A stretch of DNA of 64,000 bases, from assembly GCA_964016885.1 (NCBI GenBank), contig OZ024743.1, forward strand, positions 43,896,001 to 43,960,000, given 5' to 3'. This document shows positions 52,054 to 64,000 of the stretch, piece by piece. Below the pieces are notes generated by a model. The model searched no databases and was not told the origin of the DNA. It saw only the letters and a list, made by a program, of their open reading frames with translations. The position numbers and the translations under genes are program-made. This stretch comes from Eledone cirrhosa (lineage: Eukaryota). The first letter of the stretch is position 1. Each line of letters opens with the position of its first letter.

Positions 52054-53747
52054 TTATATATATATATATATATATGTATATATGCAAGACGACTGCCGCC
52101 TGTTGACGTTTGTCTCCTACGTACTAGTAATTAATTCAGGCTTTGTGATTATTACGAAATATGTTATTGCATGGCAGTGTAAATAGGCTTTTAAATACAT
52201 AATTTGAATCAACCTATACTATTTTAGGTTACATTTCGCTGATTTGACATTCCATCTTTTGGTGTGGAAATAGAAATATATGATCGGCTGGGAGCATATC
52301 ACTCTAGATCTGAAGGTATTTGATTTCTTCAAGGTACAGAAAGTGAGAAAGGTAAGTAGAAGTGGAATGGATTATTATAATTGGCTGACTCTTTATCTGC
52401 TTCGAATGGGAGAATGTTGATATCGGCGAAAAAGAACTAACTCTGCAGAGAGCTGGAGTGAATAACATGAATGACTCTATCCGATGTTCTAGCCACTCTC
52501 ATTTCGTCGCTATCTTGTATTGACACATAAATAGTGACCTCTATAAGACCTGAATAAGTTGCATTAAGCTTGAAAGTATTCGATGGAACTTCTCGGTATC
52601 TTATTAAACCAACACAACATAAGCAATTCATTGTTCTCTATGGTAATTCTGTATTCCATTTGAGACTCGTTTGCTTTTTTAATATATTCATAGTTTTGGT
52701 AATTCACTGATGTAATGTTGACATGCAGAGAACATGACATATACAGACATTGCATATCATTTGCTGGAAGGCATATTAATTTAAAATATAAGCTTGAGAT
52801 AAATTTGGAATTGTGTAACAAGGAAAAACAAATGACCATTTGTAACTGCATTGGATCGAGACATATAACGTCTACATATGTTATACGTTGAAGACTTGAT
52901 AGTTTGTAAATTGGATATTTTTGAAAAGCGTAGAAATATTTCTGTTGATTGAGAAGACACTGACATATGTTACAGTTTTTTTTAGAAAGTTATTTATGAC
53001 TGTAATGCTTACACATTCTCTATTGATGCAAATTTGTTGTTGGTTTGCATTTGTCGCCTTTCATAAAACACCAAACTATTTTTCAATATTTTATTTGACT
53101 TCTTTCTTTGGCTGTACTCTCTTTTAATATCGGCCGAATAACAATGATTGAAATTACATCTGAATACAATCATAACGTTTGAATGTTTTCTTTCTAATTT
53201 CTCATTGCCTTGAGCAGGTCATCTAACGAGTTACAATTTTCAAAACAGAGTAGAATATGTTAACGTAATCGAGCGCATTCACATTTAGTAACAATATCCA
53301 TTCATAATCAACGTTCACATTGAATTACAGCAGACCGCTATATTTTCGCTAGAAATATAAAAATAAAAATTATTTGTAAAATCGTTTGGCTTGCGGCATA
53401 ATCGCATTGAACCTCGAAATATAATTATTCTCAACATTAAAATAGTAAAGTTGTGGCATGAATTAAATTCAGCTGATTTCCTCTAAATAAAGCGTAACGA
53501 TCCATAATTTTTAATGTGTAGTCTATATTTTCGAGTCTAATCAAAACCAAACAGAAAATTTGCCGAAAGCAATCTTAGTGGTAATTAATATTTATGAGTA
53601 ACTCGTTCAGTCACCTTAAAGTGAAGTAGTTTGCAGAATAACAGATAATGAGTAAAGCGCATGTGTTCAATGTAACATACGTTTCACATATAATGGTTCC
53701 ATGAATTTGATTTCATAGTGCTACATCATTATTTGCTACACACACGA

Positions 53748-53865
53748 TCTGAGTTCAAATCCCGCTGAGGTTGACTTTGCCTTTCATCCTTACGGGGTCG
53801 ATAAAATAAAGTACCAGTAATGCACTGGGTAATTGCTGACCTTGTGCCTAAAGTAGAAATAATGA
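53748..53865 (+). mobile_element. SINE fragment
   Basis: B-box plus core plus tail. Confidence 0.87.
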
Positions 53866-53947
53866 TTTGCTACACACACACTCACACCCACGCACACACA
53901 CACACATACAAACACACACACACACACATACACACACGCACACACAT

Positions 53948-54027
<80 letters not shown>

Positions 54028-54231
54028 AATGCAATCTGAGATTTTTTAATATTAGTAATAATATTCGATTCGTTTGCAATTATGCAAACAAGCCTCAATT
54101 TTATAGCTATATCAGTAGAATGAACCCTTCATTGTTTCTCCTATGTTGGCATGTGAACAGAAATGCAGACAATAATGTTTCTGGGTATCATCCTTTATCA
54201 GTTCAGCCATGTAGAGCGAACCTTTTCTTTT

Positions 54232-54277
<46 letters not shown>

Positions 54278-54281
<4 letters not shown>

Positions 54282-54970
54282 TAAAACATGTCTATAGAAT
54301 CACCAGATAAAATATATACCATTTCCTCTCCCAATTAGCAAAATTAACCATATAAAAAATCGATTAGACCAAGCTATAAGAATAAAGGCTTCTATTAAGA
54401 AATCTCCGACAAATAACCGAAAGCAGTCCGTCGCGTCGGTTGCGACGGAGTATTTATCGAGTATTTCGACAGCGGGTATAAATCGCTCAGATATACAGTC
54501 AACTAAACAGAATCAGGTGTAAATAAACTAGGAGAAAAGTGAACATATTTAGTTAACTCTACCATGGTTTCGTCCGCATTTTAAGATATCCGATAACATC
54601 GGACATCTAGAGCACCGGACTATTCAGGAAGTTAGCTCAAATTTAGACAATAAATTTTCCAAAGTGATCGGGCCAAGAATACATTCAAAAATGGCTAAGA
54701 ATCCTGACGTAGCAGCGGTCAGGTTAGAAAGAATGTGATTAGTTGCTTACGGCTGGTGGCCTTTCGCTAGAAAGCGCAGCACAATACAGCCAAAATTGTA
54801 TCTCAACCTAAGGGAGATTATTTATTACATATAAAGGTTTACATATATATATATGTGTGTGTTTTGCAACGGGTCACTTTGTGGCTCAATGAAGAGTTAA
54901 TAAATTAAATAATCATAAAAATTGTCTATAGAATCACCAGATACAATATATACCATTTCCTCTCCCAATA
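54278..54970 (-). mobile_element. Element with terminal direct repeats of about 48 bp and an internal hammerhead-like motif (family F)
   Basis: TGTCTATAGAATCACCAGATA.AATATATACCATTTCCTCTCCCAAT at about 54288 and 54923. Motif at 54555-54633 (-): CTGAATA-GTCCG..CGGAC-GAAAC-CATG-GTA. (TA)n flanks. Confidence 0.6.
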
Positions 54971-54981
54971 TATATATATAA

Positions 54982-55097
<116 letters not shown>

Positions 55098-55791
55098 TCG
55101 ACCAATAGATGAATTAAAAATATTTATTTTAAGAAGGGATCTTTTCCCTCTGAAGGAATTATTTGAGGTAGTGTTGCTTTAAAGCAAGCATTTCTTAATG
55201 CAAATCAGACTAAGTGCTTCAAATAATTTCTGATAGAATGAAAACCAATTAAAAAATATAATTTACTTCGTCATTATCAAGCTGATGATTGCAATATAAC
55301 GTAATAAATATTCGCATATATAATTAGGAGGAATCTAGTATAGATAAATATTATCACTGTAAAATTAACAACTTTGTAATGTAGAAATAAGGATGACTTC
55401 AGGTTATTTGATATGAAACGTGTTACATGCAATGAAACTAATGAAATATCTCATAATACTCAACTTGAAGATACTTTTACGTTGTTCCTTTCAATTTCAA
55501 GCAATGCTTTCATATTCTCAATCCAATTCATGCTATTGCAATTTAATTCCAATTAAATTATTAATAAATAATTATACACAGCGTGTTGGAAGCAGTAAAA
55601 GATCTGAATAAGAGTGAGTGAGCATTAAATATAGCATTATAATAGTGATGCTCCTTAAACAGAGGTCCGACGAGCTTTTGATTCCAAAGTCGAGCGAGGT
55701 CGACACAGATCGAATCTTGAACTGATCAATACCGAAATCAATAAACATAATGAAGGCTTAACTAATCAACCTTGTATTATTATTATTATTA

Positions 55792-55952
55792 CATGTTTTC
55801 CAGCGTAGTTACGTCCCTTTTCGGTTTGAGTTCAAATCCCGCCAAGGTTACCTTTGCCTTTCATCCTTACGGGGTCGATAAAATAAAGAAACAGTAATGT
55901 ACTGGATAATTGCTGGCCTTGTGCCAAAAGTAGAAACAATTATTATTATTAT
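55792..55952 (+). mobile_element. SINE copy whose (ATT)n tail abuts the Tx1-like LINE
   Basis: GAGTTCAAATCCCGCC plus core, ending AGAAACAATTATTATTATTATT. Confidence 0.88.
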
Positions 55953-58900
55953 TGGATCTGAACGGAGGTCTTTTTGCTCGCTCCCGTAAGTTTATTTATT
56001 TACCTGTCAAAACTTTTTTATTGAATTGTTTGTTGTTGTGTAAGGCATTCAAGCCCTTGGACTTTGCCCTGTGAATGGGAAGTATAATATTTGGGCCATG
56101 TGGCCCAAATATTATAATTTTTTACATTTTAAAAAAAATATCGAGAAAAAAATCCCCCAAAAAACATGGCTGAGCCACGCCCCCCAGTGATATGCCTGCT
56201 GTCGTACAACAACGACGTAAAGGTTGAGAGGAACGTTACGGCAAAATTAACAGAAACTGATACAACAAACTCCACCACAAACAACGTGAACAAAGACAGC
56301 AATGATAACAACATTGAGAACTCAAAATTTGAAAAAAATGACAGTAACAGCGACAACCATAATACAGATAACAGAAAAAATGACAACAAATGCAACAACA
56401 ATATCAACAACACTAACGTGAAAACAAATAGCGACAACACCAACAGCACGAGAATAACGGCGGCACCAAAAACAACAATGATAACAACGACAGTGATAGC
56501 AACAACAACACCAACAAGAACAACAACAACAACACCACCAACGACAACAAGAACACTTTCGCTGCGGCAGCAGCCAAAAAGAGGCCATGCTTCAATATAG
56601 ACCTGTCAAACAAATATGAAAAGTTGGTCCAGGCCAGGAAGCTCATCAAGCAAGAGCAAACCTGGGCCAACTTAACTGTCCCGGTAGAAGCTATTGAGGG
56701 AGTGGAGCGCAGAACGGTGCATTACAGCTGCATCTCACACAAACCAAAGGGGCAGTTTTAATTCCACATGCAGATGTCGAAGTCGTGCTGAGGTGCATCA
56801 GAGATGTCACCGATTACATAGCGAGGGACAGACAATACGGCACCATTTCGGTGCTGTTTAAGATAAGAAGCCCTCGCTATGGAACACGCTATGACACCTT
56901 GCAAAACCAGCAAGGTCATAATGTACGATCCCACATGGGAAAAAGAACGGCCCGTCTCCGCATTCCCAGTATCCCACCAGGACTTGACATTTGGTGGCTT
57001 CTGGGATGTGTAATTGTGGAGGGGACGGATACCGTCCCAATAGAAGTGACAAGAACTGCCAGAGAGGGCTTGTCCTGGGTTGACCCGGAGATACTTCTCC
57101 AGATCAGGCAGAAGAATGTGAAGACAATCCCGGACCACATCCGCCTTCACAATGGTACGGTCATTCATATTATGACCGAGGGCAAAAGGCCGCATTGTTG
57201 CTTTTGCTGAAAGATGCAAGGTGTCGAAAGGCTCCACTGCTGCCGACGCCGGGGCGAGGACCACAATCAACACCAGCATCGGCAAATCCACCAGCAACAA
57301 CACCAAGCGAAAGACCACCACCAACATTGACAACACCGGGGGGAAATGAGGAAAGTAGTCACCCCCCCCCCCCTCAAAAATACACACATCAATAAAAACA
57401 TATACAGACAGACACACTTACAGATACAGACACCTCATCTACCAGTAATGAAACTGAGGAAAAACAAAAATCCCCCAAAATATAAAATAGGAAACACAAT
57501 AAGAAAAAGAAATACTCAATAAATCACAAAATCACCCACAATAGAAAATGCAGACTGCACCCACGCAAACATCTCCCCAACAACACCAAAATCAACATCC
57601 CAAACGCAAACAACCATAATAGGCTCAAGAACAAATACACACGCAAAGATCTGAAACCACAGACACCGCACTCACAACAAACACAGGCACAACCGAAACA
57701 ACACCATCGAACTATCACCGCCACAGCCACGCAAACAAATAAAAACACACCAACAAAACGTACAAAACTTCGTGCTCGTCAGGGTGGCCAACAAGGAACT
57801 GATGCCCCTCGTAACACGAAGTAAAGATATACAAAATGAGGGGGAAATGTTTAAAACGAGCACATTTCGCTTGCCGGAAGATTTGTTTCTGGTGCGAATG
57901 TCGCTCGATTTATACAAAGAGATACAAGACAGCTTTCCTCGGACGTGGGAACCCCGAACGTAAAACCCAATTCAAGACTTTTAAAGGGGTTCCGAAAAGA
58001 AACTCCACCATCTGTGGAAGTCGAACTACCCGACCTTCACAAGAGCCTGGAAGGTAAGAAAACTTTTCCTCTCTCTCTTTTAGCCTGCCAACATGGCCGT
58101 ATTAAGAGTAGGAAGTTTAAATGTTCGAGGCCTGGGAGGGTCCTGGAAGCAGAGTCACCTGATCAACGACCTCTGGTCTCTAGAAATGGATGTAATTGCC
58201 GTCAGCAAGACCAGGATTTCCGAGACGCGCGCACTAGCCCACATTTTCGACGACTATCAGATCTTTGCATCTGTTAGTCGGCGGGGAATTGGAGGTGGGG
58301 TGGCAGTGCTGTTTAGGAAAGGGATGGATCTCGAGGTAAGGTCAATCTTCCGGGACCCGGACGGGAAGTTGATGGTCCTGGACGTGAACAATAACGAAGG
58401 TGGTGCCTTTAGACTGGTGGCCGTCTACGTCCCTACTGGGGCAGGACGGCCGGACTTCTTTAGACGCCTGGAAGCCTTTCGGTGTACGTATTGCCCTTTA
58501 CTGTTAGCGGGGGACTGGAACGGCATCTTGGACGCACGATGCGACTGTGTGCGAGTATCCGATAGGAGGGGGGGGGGGGTGCAAATGCCTCAAGAACCTG
58601 ATCAGCCATTTCCGACTGTCTGACAGGTGCCGACTATATTTCCCTAATGCGACAGTGTGGACCTGGACTAACCGCATAGTCATCTAGATCGTATATAGAC
58701 AGGATATTCATTAGGAAAATAGACAGAAATAGTGTAAGCTGTCCACGTTTTAAAACGGTCGGCTATTCAGATCACATGTTTGTGATCTGTATGGTCGACC
58801 TAGATAAGACGCGTAGGTTAGGACCTAGTACTGGAAGCTGAACATGTCATTTCCAGCACGTAAGGCTTGCAGGGACCAGGTCAACAATTTAGTTAAGAAA

Positions 58901-60068
58901 AGCTTGACATGGGGGATCGTCAACAACAGATGGTGGGGTGCTCTCAAAAAGAGATTAGAGGAATGTCGATAGAGTTTAGCAAAGAAGTAGCATTAGATAA
59001 AAATAGAAAGGAGGGGGAGTTGGTAGATAAGTTAGACTAGGCTATTTGTAGTGGCATTGCAACTAACGTGGTAGCGGCGAGAATGGCAATAGAACATTTC
59101 TTCAATGCGAAACACAACGGTTGCATTGTTAAAGCTTAGGCGCGTGCTCTGAGAAACGAGGGAATCAAAGCTGTTCGATGGGCCCACGTGGCAGAGGCGA
59201 GCGTGGTAATAAAACCACGATTCGGTCTTTGACGCACCGAAATGGACACGAGCTGAGCGATTCCAAGCGGATGTGTCAGGCCTTTCGCCAACATTTTGCT
59301 TGGTTGTTCGGGGGAAGTAGCGGATCAGAGACGGTGGCGGACTTCAGTCCCTACCTCGATGGCTTGCTGCAACTTTCGACGGCCGACGCTAGGCGCTGCG
59401 AAAGGCGGATTACTTCAGCCGAGATTCAGGATGCCCTTGTAGGCTGCATGAGGCGCAAGTCACCCGGTTTGGATGGTCTGCCCTACGAGCTTTACGTAAA
59501 TATGACAGACTTGTTCTCCAATCCCCTCGAAGCGCTCTACGGCAACTGGCAGCAGAACGGGAGTATTCCCAGTTCTGTGAGCCGGGGCGTAGTGACACTG
59601 ATAAGGAAAGATGAGAACAAGAGGGACACATTAGACAATTTCAGGCCCATAACTCTGCTCAACACAGAGTTTAAGATTTTGGCCAGGGTGTTAGCGAAGA
59701 GGTTGGCTCTTGTCGTCGGGGATTTAGTTGGGGAGACGCAAACTTGCGCAATCCCAACCAGGTCCATACATCATAGAGAGGGTCGGGTGTAAACGTTGGC
59801 TTCGGTGGAGTTTTGATCAATTTAGATCAATCGAAAGCATTCGATAGGGTCGATCATCGGTACCTGGAGGCTGTCCTCAAGGCGGCTGGCTTCGCCCCGT
59901 CTTCAGAAGCTTGATCGCTGCAATGCACAGCGGCATCTGTCGGTGGTCAAAATTAATGTCCACCTCTCAGAACCGTTTCAGGTCTCCCGATCGGTCCGTC
60001 AAGGGTGCCCTCTCTCCTCCCTTCTCTACGTATCGACTCTCGAGCCTTTACTGTGGAAGCTGGAGCCG
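55953..60068 (+). mobile_element. L1/Tx1-like LINE copy 2 (5' end intact, 3' part lost within RT)
   Basis: Colinear with the reverse complement of 4840-9047. ORF1 from 56166 and ORF2 from 58093 (GSLNVRGL, AGDWN, KSPGLDG, NFRPITLLN, RQGCPLS). Many stops. Confidence 0.95.
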
Positions 60069-60074
60069 TGTAAT

Positions 60075-60824
<750 letters not shown>

Positions 60825-61138
60825 CACTTGCTATAATCCGCTACACTCAATCAATGTTAATTCTCCGATGAGAAATAAATGTTAAATTCAATCTTTCCTC
60901 TGGGACTTAGATATGGGGAAATCAAAAAACGGGTTGCATTAAATCAGTACTACTCGCCACGGCCAAGTATAACTAATAAAATAGTATCTATTAATAATAG
61001 AAATAAATACTTAGAATTGCAAGAAACCATATAACTTTTCATCCACAAAGACACATGGATACTCAGAAATCTATGTCCAGCTAATTACAAGTCCTGGTCA
61101 TAATATATCATGTCTTTGTTGCCATTTTATTTCTAACC

Positions 61139-61515
61139 TAAGGCGGAGTATTGGCAGTATCGGTAGAGGATCGGATGCCATGCTTTGACGCAAAGAGTTA
61201 CTGCCCTTTCAATTCTGAGTTCAAATCCCGCCGAGGTTAACTTTGCCTTTCATCCTTACGGGGTCGATAAAATAAAGTATCAGTAATGCACTGGGTGATC
61301 GCTGGCATTGTGCCAAAAGTAGAAACAATTATTTCTAAACTAAGGGCCGTGAATTGGCAATCTCGGTAGAGGGTTGGACGCCATGTATTCTAGCATAGTT
61401 ACATCACTTTACGGCCGAGGTTAACTTTGTTTTCATCCTTACGGGGTCGATAAAATAAATTGCCAGTAATGTACTGGGTAATTGCTGGCCTTGTGCCAAA
61501 CGTAGAAATAATTAT
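61139..61515 (+). mobile_element. Tandem pair of SINE copies (second lacks the B-box segment)
   Basis: About 61139-61333 and 61341-61515 both match 24222-24420. Confidence 0.9.
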
Positions 61516-62599
61516 CTCTAAACTGTTATTATTGACAATGATTACATCAGCTAACATCAAAGCAATATAAAAGCAGATACATTTGCAGCTGTAATATTAT
61601 AAATATGACTAGACATTAGATAAGTGAATGATATCAAGTTTTTATAAAATAATAATTTCATCTGAGTTATTAGCCGGAGTTCTGGGGATATGTATATATA
61701 CATAATAAACAGATTATATTTTCTTGATATAACTTTAAATTCCAGAACATCTCATCCAAAGAGTGCTTATCCTAAATTTCATGATAGATTTTCCACCATA
61801 CATATCCCAATACAAAGAGTGAACACTTAATACTTTCCTTTTAGAAACAATTCAGCGTTTGAGTTTAAGTATAGCCTTCGACTGAAGTTCTCTTTGTTAA
61901 AATCGTTTGCCTTTTATCTGAATAACTATGTACAGTTTAAGGCTTTTCTCTAGCAGTTAGTTCATATTAAAAAGAAAACAGAAATATCCTGGTTTTTTAT
62001 TCATATCATGCAACATTTTGTTTCGGGATCACTGACTCTAGAAATTTCATTCTGTGTTAATTTCGTTGAGTCAGATAAAAACCAGCTGAGATGATTTAAG
62101 ATGAAGAAAAAAAAAATGATAAGGGGGATGAAATAAAGAAATGTGCGAAAAGTAATGTTAAATGGATAAATTAAAGACACTGTTGATAAACACTTCATGT
62201 ATCTCTTGTAAACAACTATTGCTCTGTATTTTCAAAACACCACTCAAATATATACATAGAATTATATTTTAAAGAAAATCACACATATTTCCATTGGAGA
62301 ATTTATCTGAAAGGAAATTCACTACAAAATATGATGATTATCATTTTGAAAGTAGAAGCATCGACTGACTTTTAAACGCTTTCTTGATTCAGAAATTATA
62401 TATTAATTATGTTGTTATTGCACGTACTGACCTGAAGAAGGGGAAACAGTTTGCCGATGCAGCACACACTGTAGCAGCAGAGCAACTATTTCTTTAACCA
62501 TGGAGTAAAAGATTGTTGGCTCCATCAGATACAGAACCAATACCATTTCCTGAACACAATACGAACCATACATTTTATATTTGCGCCCAAAATAAAGAA

Positions 62600-64000
62600 G
62601 GAAATCCAACTCATACAATAAATTTATTCTCAGATCCTTATGAGACGGGGAATGAACATTCAAACCAGATAGATATACAACTAAAGAAAAAAACGCGAAT
62701 CTCCCTTGAGGCTGTCACTAAACACAGACTCTCCCATGAAATTGAAAGGCCTAGAAAGAGAAACCTGGGCTATAGAAAACATTTAAAAAAATCTAATTCA
62801 TTCTTTAAATTCACAAAAGAGATCACCTTAGTACACTAAAAAGATGACCCTTTCCATAAAAAACTCGCGGAGAGTCCCTATCCTCGATGTATGTGAGGTA
62901 CTGAACGAGCAAACCGAATATGTTTTCACACCCCTAACGAGGCACAAGCAAATACGGAAACCTGATGAGTTCTTTGATACTATTGTGCTATACGGAGAAA
63001 TGGCAAACATCAACGACATACATATAAAGAAGGAAGATATATTACCATCCATAGACGAAAGGAGACAATATTAAGTTGCCGTCACTGATGGATTCTCAGA
63101 AAACCTCCTAAAATCATGCAAACGAACCTTTGAAAAACCACTGCAGATTCTCTAACAAAGTACCTTGCCTGTGGTGAACTACTCAGACTACTGAAAAGGG
63201 AACTATATGTCCTATCGATAAAGGGGAAAGCAGAATGGATGCTAAAAACTACAGACCTGTCCCCCTGATTTCATACATCCACAAATTCATGAAACGAATC
63301 CTCGAAAGTAAACGAATCTGTTTCCTAGAGAAATGTGGCCTACTAACTGATATCCTGTATGATTATCTCTCGTTAAGAAGCTGCTTCACATACAGTTTAC
63401 AGCACTATGACTGGGTGGATTGGCAGTATCGGTAGAGCGTCAGACACCATGATTTGAAGCATAGTTATGGCCCTTTGCGTTCTGAGTTCAAATCCCGCAG
63501 AGTTTAACTTTGCCTTTCATCCTTACAGGGTCGATAAAATAAAGTACCAGTAATGTACTGAGCAATTGCTGGCCTTGTGCCAAATGTAGAAACAATTATG
63601 ACTGAGTAATGAAACAGCTGCTAGATCGTTCAAATATGAATGTGTTGTATTTCGTGTTTGCTAAGGCCTTCACCAGGTTTCTAATAGAATAATGTTTCAC
63701 AAAGAACGGAATTTCGGTATAGCTTAAAAATTAGGTGACTGGCTCCATGATGTCTGAAGAATCTGTCTATTGCAGCCAACGATGCCCTCTCAAAGGAGAC
63801 ATCAATAGCAGGTGGTGTTTCCCAGGGAAATGACTTGTTTGTAATAGCTATCTTAGATGTGTCCTCTGTAGCAGAAGTGGCCTCCCTTAACACAACATTC
63901 CCCCAAAACCTGAGATATCTGCATGGTGTTGATGTAGATGTTTTCAAGACGCATCTTGACAGTCTAATAACTAAGATCCCAAATGAATCCAGAGCACGAG
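62600..64000 (+). mobile_element. Degenerate CR1-like LINE ORF2 fragment interrupted by a SINE
   Basis: PIDKGESRMDAKNYRPVPLISYIHKFMKRI, later FAKAF and a GV.QG-like motif. Many stops. The 5' boundary is uncertain. Confidence 0.72.
63412..63600 (+). mobile_element. SINE inserted in the CR1-like fragment
   Basis: Full SINE. TATGACTG occurs on both sides (about 63406 and 63597), a candidate target-site duplication. Confidence 0.9.

Noticed and set aside
58054-58083. 30-nt mini-intron fusing ORF1 and ORF2
   Set aside because: Probably too short for spliceosomal removal, and the AG is absent in copy 1.

Overview
AT-rich, microsatellite-dense eukaryotic DNA made almost entirely of decayed transposable elements. 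The SINE, LINE and (TA)n make-up suggests a cephalopod (Octopus-like) genome; that is an inference. I found no credible host protein-coding gene, and most ORF-track entries are microsatellite or antisense artefacts. Main contents: (1) a 14-kb pile-up at 1.3-15.6 kb of L1/Tx1-like and R4/Dong-like (RLE) LINEs separated by (AAT)n/(AAG)n tracts; (2) a second Tx1-like copy at 56-60 kb; (3) two Penelope-like (Naiad-type) retroelements with inverted pseudo-LTRs at 31-33 kb and 39.5-43.8 kb; (4) about 11 copies of one tRNA-type SINE; (5) RTE, CR1, mariner and Helitron remnants. The most interesting signal is about a dozen short, mostly (TA)n-flanked fold-back elements from several unrelated sequence families. 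Many carry a type I hammerhead-ribozyme-like motif, including a back-to-back bidirectional pair at 25.5 kb and repeated non-canonical cores (CCGA/CAGA instead of CUGA), one with stem covariation. All folds and boundaries were read by eye, so element boundaries are approximate.
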